In this document: positions 1-9,542 of the stretch, one piece after another | Layout: each line of letters opens with the position of its first letter | Numbering within the stretch: position 1 is the first letter of the stretch | Assembly (NCBI GenBank): GCA_964577175.1 | Contig: CAZNYC010000005.1 | Span: forward strand, 1 to 60,252 | Direction: 5' to 3' | Length of the DNA stretch: 60,252 bases | Source of the DNA: an uncultured Anaerolineales bacterium | GTDB taxonomy: Bacteria > Planctomycetota > Phycisphaerae > FEN-1346 | The notes under the pieces: model-generated | Databases searched by the model: none | What the model saw: only the letters and a program-made list of their open reading frames with translations | What the model was told of the DNA's origin: nothing | Program-made: the position numbers and the translations under genes

Positions 1-143
1 CGCGACCGTGCAGGGCCTGGGGCCCGTCAGAATCCTTATCTTAATGCCATTGGTGCGTGTCACCGGAACTCCGGAACTCCAATCAGGGGCATCCGGCCCA
101 TCGGCACGGCCGGAGAAGGGCGGCCTGGCACATGGCGCATCCT

Positions 144-166
144 CCCGGCCGGGCAAGCCGGCCGGG
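144..166. repeat. Perfect GC hairpin CCCGGCCGG-GCAAG-CCGGCCGGG, a reverse-orientation member of the CTTGYC-loop palindrome family. Possible terminator 3' of the dehydrogenase gene.
   Basis: 9-bp perfect inverted repeat read directly. The loop GCAAG is the complement of the CTTGC loop of related hairpins at 2504, 5189, 5230, 7576, 30906 and 30953. Confidence 0.5.
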
Positions 167-221
167 CCACACACGAACGTCGAACCTTGAGCGTTGAACC
201 TTGCGCTTTGAGATCGGGGGC

Positions 222-1328
222 TCACCCGCGCATGGCGAGGCCGGCCCATTTGCTCATCAGTTCCACGAGGGCCCCGCAATCGGCGTTGCCCATGCCGAGG
301 TTCTCGGCGGCCGAGAGGATCTGCCGGGTCGTCGCGGTGAGCGGGACGGGCAGGTCCATGTGCTGGGCGAGTTCCATGGCCAGGTTCAGGTCGTTGTGCA
401 TGTGGCGGAGGTAGAAGTTGGGACGGCCGCCGGGATTGACGACGATCTGTTCGGCGTCGCGCAGGGCCTGGGAATCGAGCGGCCCGGCGTGCAGGACCTC
501 CATCATCGTCTCGAAGGGGACGCCGTTCTTGCGGGCCAGGACGAAGTACTCGGCGAACGCCTGCGTCAGGCATGCCAGGAGGACGTTGCAGGCCACCTTG
601 AGGGTGGCGGCCTTGCCGACGTCGCCCACGTGATGGATATCGGAGCCGAGGCTTTCGAGGACCTTCCGCGCCTTGCCGAGGTCGTCCTCGTGGCCGCCGA
701 CGAGGATCTGGAGTTTCCCCTCGCGGGCGGCGTAAACGGACCGCATGACGGGGGCCTCGAGGTAGCGGACGGAGAGGCTGCGGAGGGCGGTGGCCGCCCG
801 GAACGCGATCGTGGGGCTCGTCGTCGAACAGTTGACGACGACGGCGCCGCGTTTCAGGCCGCGGCTGGCCCCTTTTTCGCCGAACAGGACGGTATCGAGG
901 GCGGCGTCGTCGGAGACCATGAGGATGACGACGTCGGCGCCCTTGGCGGCGTCGGCGGGGGTCTCGGTGAGGGTGGCGCCGGCGTCGACGGCCTCCTTGG
1001 CCTTCTCGGCGGTGCGGTTCCAGACCTGCAGGGAGAAGCCGGCCTGAAGCAGCCTGGCGGCCATGGGGACACCCATCAGCCCCTGTCCGATGAAGGCGAC
1101 CTTGGTCCGGCGGCGTTTGGAGCGGGACCGCCGGCGTTTGGACGTCGAGCCGCCGCTCTTCTTCTTCTTGGCGGCCTCCTTCTTCTTTGCGGTGTCCTTG
1201 GCCTTGGTCTTGGAGGCGGCGCCCTTGCTCGCCTTTTTCTTGGGCGACGACTTCCGGGCCGACGTCGACTTGGCTTTGCTGGACTTGGATTTGGCCATGG
1301 GCGAATCCTTATCGAAGAAGCGCGTCAT
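222..1328 (-). CDS. NAD(P)-dependent beta-hydroxyacid dehydrogenase (3-hydroxyisobutyrate / 6-phosphogluconate dehydrogenase NAD-binding family) with a lysine-rich N-terminal tail of about 75 aa
   Basis: ORF 222..1592 trimmed to the ATG at 1326-1328, which overlaps the TGA of the upstream gene (ATGA). Rossmann motif VAFIGQGLMGVPMAARLL followed by NRT, and core GDVGKAATLKVACN. The N-terminus is KSKSSKAKSTSARKSSPKKKASKGAASKTKAKDTAKKKEAAKKKK...RRRSRSKRRR. An alternative ATG lies at 1298. Confidence 0.8.
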   Translation of the reverse strand: MTRFFDKDSPMAKSKSSKAKSTSARKSSPKKKASKGAASKTKAKDTAKKKEAAKKKKSGGSTSKRRRSRSKRRRTKVAFIGQGLMGVPMAARLLQAGFSLQVWNRTAEKAKEAVDAGATLTETPADAAKGADVVILMVSDDAALDTVLFGEKGASRGLKRGAVVVNCSTTSPTIAFRAATALRSLSVRYLEAPVMRSVYAAREGKLQILVGGHEDDLGKARKVLESLGSDIHHVGDVGKAATLKVACNVLLACLTQAFAEYFVLARKNGVPFETMMEVLHAGPLDSQALRDAEQIVVNPGGRPNFYLRHMHNDLNLAMELAQHMDLPVPLTATTRQILSAAENLGMGNADCGALVELMSKWAGLAMRG

Positions 1329-2401
1329 TCCACGATGATCGGCAGGTCGGCTCCACACGCCTCGCAGGCGCTCCCCCGGAGCCGCATGCTGCTTACGCCC
1401 ATCCCGCGCCGCTGGATGACCGTGGCCCCGCACGCGGGGCACGCGGTGTCCTGCATGCCGGCGATGTTGCCGGCGTACACGTACCGCACTCCGGCTTGGC
1501 GTCCGGCGTCGATCGCCTGCCGGATCGTCTCCACAGGCGTCGCCGGCGTCTCCTGATCCTGGAAATCCGGGTGGAACCGCGTCACGTGCCACACCAGGTC
1601 CGGCGAGACGGAGGCGATGAAGCCGGCGATGCCCTTCAGGTCGTCCTCGGCGTCGTTCTGGCCGGGCACGAGCAGCGTTGTGACCTCCACGTGGACACCC
1701 GCCTCGTGCAGGCCGCCGATCGTCTCCTTCACGGGCTCCAGCCGCCCTTTGCAGACCTTGCGGTAGAACGCGTCGCTCCAGGCCTTGAGGTCGACGTTGG
1801 CGGCATCGAGCCAGTCGGCGGCCTGCCCGACGGCCTCGGGCGTCATGTAACCGTTCGTGACGAAGGTGTTCCTCATGCCCTCGTTACGGGCCAGGACGGC
1901 CGTATCCCGGGCGTATTCGAAGAAAACGGTCGGCTCCGTGTACGTGTACGACATGGATTGGCAGCCGCTGTCGATGGCGTCGCGGACGGCTCCCTCGGGC
2001 GACAGGGGCTGGCCGGGCATCTCGCCGGCGGACGACCGCGGCCACTGGGAGATCTGCCAGTTCTGGCAGAACCCGCACTGGAAGTTGCATCCGACGGTGG
2101 CGAGGGAGTACGCCCGCGACCCCGGCAGGAAATGGAACAGGGGTTTCTTCTCGATCGGGTCGACGTGGTTGGCGATGACGCGGCCGTAGACGAGCGTGAC
2201 GAGGGTGCCGCCGCGGTTCTCGCGGACCCGGCAGACGCCCCGGCGGCCGGGGGCGATGTGGCACCGGTGGGCGCACAGGAAGCAGTCGACGTTGTCGTCG
2301 GCGGCGGTCGTCCACAGGTCGGCCGTGTGGCCTTCGGGCTGCATGGTGTTGCCTTTGCAGGACTTAGGGCGTTCGGGGCCCCGGCCATTCGCTTCGCTCA
2401 T
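1325..2401 (-). CDS. amrS: AmmeMemoRadiSam-system-type radical SAM enzyme (pyruvate formate-lyase activase-like)
   Basis: CX3CX2C motif CNFQCGFCQNW, N-terminal CFLCAHRCHI and C-terminal CPACG...CEACG cysteine clusters. Length of 358 aa and overall pattern fit the AmrS family. Confidence 0.75.
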   Translation of the reverse strand: MSEANGRGPERPKSCKGNTMQPEGHTADLWTTAADDNVDCFLCAHRCHIAPGRRGVCRVRENRGGTLVTLVYGRVIANHVDPIEKKPLFHFLPGSRAYSLATVGCNFQCGFCQNWQISQWPRSSAGEMPGQPLSPEGAVRDAIDSGCQSMSYTYTEPTVFFEYARDTAVLARNEGMRNTFVTNGYMTPEAVGQAADWLDAANVDLKAWSDAFYRKVCKGRLEPVKETIGGLHEAGVHVEVTTLLVPGQNDAEDDLKGIAGFIASVSPDLVWHVTRFHPDFQDQETPATPVETIRQAIDAGRQAGVRYVYAGNIAGMQDTACPACGATVIQRRGMGVSSMRLRGSACEACGADLPIIVE

Positions 2402-2425
2402 GACCGGGCGTTGTTGCGTATTCCT

Positions 2426-2532
2426 GCGCGGCGGCCCTCGCGGCCCACCGCGCCGAAGCGTGTTTTTGCGCGGGGGGCCAAGGGCCCCGCCGCCTCACGT
2501 TCTCGCGGCCGGACAAGACCGGCCGTGGCACG
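2426..2532. repeat. Intergenic palindromes: a REP-type hairpin GCGCGGCGG..CCACCGCGC (2426-2453) and a CTTGYC-loop hairpin (2504-2532, reverse orientation)
   Basis: Inverted repeats read directly. Both match families repeated elsewhere in the window. Confidence 0.6.
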
Positions 2533-2553
2533 TTTTCTCTTGCGAAACAGCCC

Positions 2554-3816
2554 TCAGCCGCCCTCGCCGAGTTCGGTCCTTATCTGAAGCAGGTTCATCA
2601 GGTCGTGTCGGGTGACGACGCCGGCCAAACTGCCGTCGTCGGCGACGACGGGCAGGTAGGCCCCGTCGGCCTGTGTGAGTTTGCGGAAGACGTCGCCAAG
2701 GTCCTCGTCGGGGCGGGTGGTCGTGGCCTCGTCCACCGGCTGCATGGCCTCGCGGACGGTGCGGACGTCCCACTGGCTCTTCGGCAGGGAGCGGACGGCG
2801 CCCAGACGAACGCTGCCCTGCACCTGCCCGCCGTCGCTTACCACCGGGAAACTCTGCCGGCGGTACTTGTAGAAGTACTCCGGGACGAGGCGGTCGAGGG
2901 TCAGGTCCGGCCCGACGGCGGTGGCGTCCTCAGAGAGGACGTCGCGGGCCGTCAGGCCCTTCAGGGCCTCGCGCAGACGGACCTGCTCGTAACTTCCCTT
3001 GGCGGCGTGCCAGAGGAACATGCCGATGACGACGAGCCAGAACCCGCCGAGCATGCCGCCGAAGAGCAGGCTCATGGCGCCGAGGCCGATCAGGCCAGCC
3101 GCCACGCCGCGCCCGCACCACGACGCCACGCGGGTGGCCTGGCGAAAATTGCCGAGCACCTTCCACAGGACGGCCCGCAGCAGCCGGCCGCCGTCCAGCG
3201 GGAAACCCGGCACGAGGTTGAAGGTCATGAGCAGCAGGTTGATGAAGGCGAAGTAGAACAGCAGGGCCCGGGCCTGAGGCGGCAGGAAACCGCGTCCCAC
3301 GAGGTACAGGATGCCGCACGCCACCCCGATGGCCAGGCTCATCAACGGACCCGCCGCCGCCACCTTGAACTCGATATCGGGGGTGCGCGCCTCGCCGCCG
3401 ATGCGGGCCATGCCGCCGAAGATGAAGAGCGTAATGCCCTCGACGGGAATCCCCGCGTCCTTCGCCACCAGGCTGTGCGAGAGTTCGTGCGCCAGGACGC
3501 ACACAAAGAGGCCCAGGGCCCCGATGAACCCGAGAACCCAGTACTGCCACCACGGCCACCGCTGGACGCCGAAGCGTTTGTCGATGGCCTCCTCGGGCAT
3601 GCCGGGGTGGTCCTGGGCGTACCGCTCCATGCGGGCCTCGATTTCGGCGCCCTTGCCCCACCATCCGCCCTCGGCCAGGCTGCTCAGGGGCAGCACGACC
3701 ACCGCCAGGCTGTAGGTGAGCAGGGCCACGATGATCAGCCACGTCACGTGGACGCGGACCGTGATGCCGAAGATGCGGGCAACGGGTAAGCCCGATGCGA
3801 GCGCCTGCTTGGCCAT
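2554..3816 (-). CDS. Site-2 protease family (M50) zinc metalloprotease with a C-terminal CBS pair
   Basis: HELSHSLVA (HExxH) and FNLVPGFPLDGGRLL (NxxPxxxLDG) motifs, multiple TM segments, two CBS-like repeats at the C-terminus. Start set to the ATG at 3814-3816, preceded by GGAAGGG. The ORF track start at 3843 is also possible. Confidence 0.85.
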   Translation of the reverse strand: MAKQALASGLPVARIFGITVRVHVTWLIIVALLTYSLAVVVLPLSSLAEGGWWGKGAEIEARMERYAQDHPGMPEEAIDKRFGVQRWPWWQYWVLGFIGALGLFVCVLAHELSHSLVAKDAGIPVEGITLFIFGGMARIGGEARTPDIEFKVAAAGPLMSLAIGVACGILYLVGRGFLPPQARALLFYFAFINLLLMTFNLVPGFPLDGGRLLRAVLWKVLGNFRQATRVASWCGRGVAAGLIGLGAMSLLFGGMLGGFWLVVIGMFLWHAAKGSYEQVRLREALKGLTARDVLSEDATAVGPDLTLDRLVPEYFYKYRRQSFPVVSDGGQVQGSVRLGAVRSLPKSQWDVRTVREAMQPVDEATTTRPDEDLGDVFRKLTQADGAYLPVVADDGSLAGVVTRHDLMNLLQIRTELGEGG

Positions 3817-3975
3817 GACTGCCCTTCCGTGAGGTGCCGCCACTGAACGTCCATTATAGCGTCGTGGCGCGGGAGTTCATCCAAAAATCGAAAGATATGC
3901 CGCGGGACCCCCATATGTTGGGGGGCCTGCCGGGTTTTTCCGCTACGGCGCCCCGGCCCGCGGCCGTCCGCGGAC

Positions 3976-5016
3976 TCAGGACCCGTCGTTTCCTCCCGTG
4001 CCGACCACGACATTCTGTGGCTGGCCCGAGAGGAACCCCGCTATGTTGTGAACCGTCGTGTTCAGGATCTTGTGAACCGCCTCCTCGCTGTTGAAGCCGA
4101 TGTGCGGCGTGACGATGACGTTGTCCATCCTCAGCAGGATCGTGTTCTGGACCAGCGTCTGGAGTTGCTCGGTGTCGTACCGGCGGGAGAGCATCTCGCC
4201 CTCCTCCCGGATGGCCGTCTCCTCCTCCAGGACGTCCAGCCCCGCCCCCGCCAGTTGGCCGCCGCGAAGCGCCTGGACGAGGGCGTCGGTGTCCACCAGC
4301 CCGCCGCGGGCCGTGTTGATGAGGATGGCGCCGTCCTTCATGCGGTCGATGGCACCGGAGTCGATCATGTGCTCGTTCTCGTCCGTCAGCGGGCAGTGCA
4401 GCGTCACGATGTCCGACTCGGCCAGCAGCGTGTCGAGGTCCACGTAGCGGAAGCCGAGGGCGTCGGCCATTGCGGCCACGGGGGCCACGTCGAACGCCAG
4501 GACCCGCATCTGAAACCCCAGCGCGATGCGGATGACGTGCGTGCCGATGGACCCCGTGCCGACGACGCCGAGCGTGCGGTCCCGCAGGTCGATGCCGCGG
4601 AGCCCCTCGATGCTGAACCGTCCGCGGATCGTCTGCTCGTACGCCTTGTGGACCCGCCGCGTCAGGGCCAGCAGCAGGGCGAAGGTGTGCTCGGCCACCG
4701 TGTTCGCCCCGTAGGTGGGCACGTTGCAGACGGTGATGCCGCGCTCGCGGCAGGCGTCGACCGCGATGTGGTCCACGCCCGTCGAGCGCGTCGTGATGAG
4801 CCGCAGGTTCGGAAGCGCCTCCAGCACCTCCTCGGTGACCTGGCTGTGGATGAACGGGGAGAGGCAGGCGACGTCCTCGTAGCGGTCCAGGGAGAGGTCC
4901 TGGACGGTGTCGCCGGTGGTCTCGAAGGCGCAATGCTCCTGGCAGTGGGAGCGGAGGTAGTCGGACTCCCAGTCCTGGACCTCGACGAAGAGGGTCTTGA
5001 AATCGTCCTGGGGCAT
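3976..5016 (-). CDS. D-isomer-specific 2-hydroxyacid dehydrogenase (D-lactate / phosphoglycerate dehydrogenase family)
   Basis: GVVGTGSIGTHV NAD-binding motif. Catalytic-region motifs INTARGGLVD, LDVLEEE and TPHIGFNSEEA. Start set to MPQDDFKTLF inside ORF 3976..5094. Confidence 0.8.
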   Translation of the reverse strand: MPQDDFKTLFVEVQDWESDYLRSHCQEHCAFETTGDTVQDLSLDRYEDVACLSPFIHSQVTEEVLEALPNLRLITTRSTGVDHIAVDACRERGITVCNVPTYGANTVAEHTFALLLALTRRVHKAYEQTIRGRFSIEGLRGIDLRDRTLGVVGTGSIGTHVIRIALGFQMRVLAFDVAPVAAMADALGFRYVDLDTLLAESDIVTLHCPLTDENEHMIDSGAIDRMKDGAILINTARGGLVDTDALVQALRGGQLAGAGLDVLEEETAIREEGEMLSRRYDTEQLQTLVQNTILLRMDNVIVTPHIGFNSEEAVHKILNTTVHNIAGFLSGQPQNVVVGTGGNDGS

Positions 5017-5148
5017 GGTGGCTCTCCCCTGCTGGGTTTGCATGCGCCGTGTTGAGCCGGCGACCGAAGGTCGCCGGTCGTTTGGTATCGTCACGGGCCC
5101 AGGCGCTCGCGGCGACGTGCCGTCGCCGGCTCAACGGCGTGTCCCGCA

Positions 5149-5258
5149 CGGCGGGGCTCCCGGCCCGCCGCGCTCACCCATCGCGCACGTGCCACGGTTT
5201 GCTTGTCAAACCGTGTTCTTTACTCTTCAGGCACGGATTGGCAGGCAATCCGTGGCAC
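5149..5258. repeat. Cluster of three intergenic hairpins: a REP-type CGGCGGG..CCCGCCGCGC (5149-5173) and two CTTGYC-loop hairpins (5189-5215 and 5230-5258, in opposite orientations)
   Basis: GTGCCACGGTTTG-CTTGT-CAAACCGTG and CACGGATTG-GCAGG-CAATCCGTGGCAC read directly. Located 3' of ligA. Confidence 0.6.
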
Positions 5259-5316
5259 CTGCCCGCGCGCGGTGCCTCAGGAGAGATACACCGCGCGGAA
5301 CCCGTATCCCGCCGCC

Positions 5317-7371
<2,055 letters not shown>

Positions 7372-7401
7372 TCATTCGATGAGAAACGCGCCGCGCCAGA
7401 C

Positions 7402-7530
7402 TGTCATTCTGAGGCTCCGCTTGCGGAGCCGAAGAATCTCGCCGTGCGAACGGCATCAAGGCAAGATTCTTCGTCGGCCTTGCGGCCTCCTCAGAATGAC
7501 AACCATGAAAACTCCCTTTACCGGACTCAA
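7402..7530. mobile_element. MITE-like element, family A, short copy: core bounded by GTCATTCTGAGG / CCTCAGAATGAC, with one outer arm ending TTACCGGACTCAA
   Basis: 12-bp perfect inverted repeats at 7403-7414 and 7489-7500. The core is the reverse complement of the cores at 43.6 kb and 52.2 kb. No coding capacity. Confidence 0.7.
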
Positions 7531-7575
7531 TAGCCGTCCTGCTCGCAGGGCGCGGCTCCCGCGGCGCGCGGCCCC

Positions 7576-7603
7576 GTGCCACGGCCGCTCTTGCCCGGCC
7601 GTG
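7576..7603. repeat. CTTGYC-loop hairpin GTGCCACGGCCG-CTCTTGCC-CGGCCGTG
   Basis: Read directly. Same family as 30906-30933. Confidence 0.55.
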
Positions 7604-7742
7604 CGCTGCAAAACGGCGCGCGGCCCGCTCGTGCCGGCGGCGCAGCACCTTGCATCGTGTCCAGTAGCGCACAGCGGGGGTTCGAATGCAAGCGCACACC
7701 GACTTTTCAGGCCGTGAAAGCCCCTGTCGGTCCACAAGGCAT

Positions 7743-7770
7743 TTGACTTCCGCCCGTTTGAGCGTATGTA
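7743..7770 (+). promoter_or_regulatory. Candidate sigma70-type promoter (TTGACT, 16-nt spacer, TATGTA) about 200 nt upstream of the PEP-CTERM gene
   Basis: TTGACTTCCGCCCGTTTGAGCGTATGTA. Closely resembles the candidate promoter of the giant PEP-CTERM gene at 17965. Confidence 0.4.
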
Positions 7771-7970
7771 TTAGGTAGCCGCCGGCGGGGCTCCGGGAGT
7801 GGTCTGCCGTCGTCGGCCGCCTCAGAGCCCGTCCGGAGAGGCGCTTCGGGACGGGATGGGACTCACACGACACCCGAATTCGGTGCGCACCAAAGTGCGT
7901 CGCAACGGGGGACGCCGGCCGAGAGGCCGCGTCGCCCGTTTTCTATTGGGGGGAGCACGGGGCACCCACG

Positions 7971-9410
7971 ATGCCCGACCCGTCCGCCCGTCCCCGGCCC
8001 GCCGCCGGTACCGTCCGGGCCCCCGTTGCGGCCGCCGCGGCCGCCGCCCTGCTCTTCCTGACCGCCACCGCCGGCGTCCGTGCGGGGGATTTCGTCTATC
8101 TCAACGGTCTCCTGCGCGACGGGTGGTACGGCGGCACGATTCACCTGGGCGGGGAATCGGCCACCATCTCCGGCTCGTGCGACCCCACGCCCCCCGGCGA
8201 CATCGACCGTGTCTGGTACGACTCGGCCGAGATCGACGAATGGCCCGATCCCGGCACCGCCACCGCCCAGTTCTACAACAAGGGGTGGGCTTCCGAGATG
8301 CCCGGCAACAGCAACCCCATGCTCGGCTGGGTGTACGAAGGGACGGCCGAGTTCGAGATGGAGGCTTACGTCACCACGTGTCCCCAGACGGGCGCCGGCA
8401 GCGCGTGGTTCTCCGCCGGGTACGCCGGCGGGCCCATGCACATCACCTCGACCACCGACGACGCCGGCCTCGAATGGGACCTCGTCGAGGATCCCGGGTT
8501 CGACCAGGGGTTCGGCGACTACGTCCGCGTCCACCTGCTGTTGAACCTCACGTTCAATATGTGGGACGACGGGGTCGAGCACGCCGTGCCGTACAGCGAC
8601 TTCTACACGGACCTCTCCGGCGGGACGTCGGGGCCCGGCGGCGCGGGCGACTTCGAGGTCCTCCGCAACGGCGAGACCGTCTGGACGGCGGGCCTGGACG
8701 CGCCCCTCGACGCCTTCGACCCGACCGCTTCCGTCTCGTTCGTGGCCCGTTACGGCGACGTGGTGGGCATCCGGGGCGGGGTCGGCGCGGGCGTCCGGGT
8801 GGACGACGTGTCCGTCGCGCCGCTCGAACCGGGGGAGTCGCTTCACCACTGGAGCAGCACGGCCACCCTGCACGGGAACCTGACGGTGCAGGACGTGCCC
8901 GGCACGAAGCCGTCGAAACCGCTCATGCCGCTGAACCTGTGGGAGCCGTTCCCGCACGAATTCGATTTCGTGGACGTCGGCGAGGACGAACTCGGCGTGG
9001 ACGACCCGCTGTGGTTCGCCACCCGAAACAAGCCGGAATACGTGATTGAGACCATCGATCCGTTCGGCCCGAACGAGACCATCGAGGCCGTCCGCCTGCC
9101 GGAACTCGGCGACGGCCTGTTCGAGGTCTGGGTCCTCGACCCCGTTACGGGCGAGGAAGTGCTGTTAGTGGACGAGGCCTGGGCCGACGAATTCATCGGG
9201 TTTCCGTGGGCGGTGGAGAAGGTCATCATCAAGGGCTTCGAGGACGACCCCGCGTGGCCGACGATTACCCCCGTGGGCCTGTACTTCACGCCGTGGAGCG
9301 AACCGGGGGTCTATATGACCGGGACGCCGGAGCCGGCCACGCTGGCGCTGCTGGCGGCGGGGGGTGCCGCCCTGCGCCTGCGGCGGCGCTCCGCTTCGCG
9401 TCGCGGCTAA
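7971..9410 (+). CDS. Secreted hypothetical protein with a PEP-CTERM sorting signal
   Basis: N-terminal signal-like segment APVAAAAAAALLFLTATAGVRA. C-terminal TPEPATLALLAAGGAALRLRRRSASRRG, i.e. PEP motif + TM + basic tail. The central 400 aa match no family I recognise. Confidence 0.75.
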   Translation: MPDPSARPRPAAGTVRAPVAAAAAAALLFLTATAGVRAGDFVYLNGLLRDGWYGGTIHLGGESATISGSCDPTPPGDIDRVWYDSAEIDEWPDPGTATAQFYNKGWASEMPGNSNPMLGWVYEGTAEFEMEAYVTTCPQTGAGSAWFSAGYAGGPMHITSTTDDAGLEWDLVEDPGFDQGFGDYVRVHLLLNLTFNMWDDGVEHAVPYSDFYTDLSGGTSGPGGAGDFEVLRNGETVWTAGLDAPLDAFDPTASVSFVARYGDVVGIRGGVGAGVRVDDVSVAPLEPGESLHHWSSTATLHGNLTVQDVPGTKPSKPLMPLNLWEPFPHEFDFVDVGEDELGVDDPLWFATRNKPEYVIETIDPFGPNETIEAVRLPELGDGLFEVWVLDPVTGEEVLLVDEAWADEFIGFPWAVEKVIIKGFEDDPAWPTITPVGLYFTPWSEPGVYMTGTPEPATLALLAAGGAALRLRRRSASRRG

Positions 9411-9542
9411 ACGGGCACACCGGCCGCCATTGTGAATGCGGGTCGGCATCGCCGTGGCCGTGGCCTGTTGCCCGCCTATCCGCTTGCACCCCCCTCCCCC
9501 ATATGCTACCGTCTGCCGACGCCTCAGACGGAGCCCGGCACC

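Noticed and set aside
63-78. Tandem octamer CCGGAACT CCGGAACT near the window edge
   Set aside because: Only two units, with no further copies in the window. It is too short to interpret and sits at the truncated end of the window.
201-2587. Plus-strand ORFs 201..1556 (451 aa) and 1187..2587 (466 aa)
   Set aside because: Antisense to the dehydrogenase and amrS genes, which carry clear family motifs. No motifs on the plus strand.
3853-3858. A perfect TATAAT on the minus strand upstream of the M50 protease
   Set aside because: No acceptable -35 lies at 16-18 nt (TTGGAT lies 20 nt away). It is kept only as a note, not as a feature.
7676-7689. GGGGGTTCGAATGC, resembling a tRNA T-arm, possibly a tRNA remnant or att site
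   Set aside because: Only the TTCGAAT loop and a G-run match. There is no complementary T-stem strand, acceptor or anticodon arm, so it is most likely chance in GC-rich sequence.
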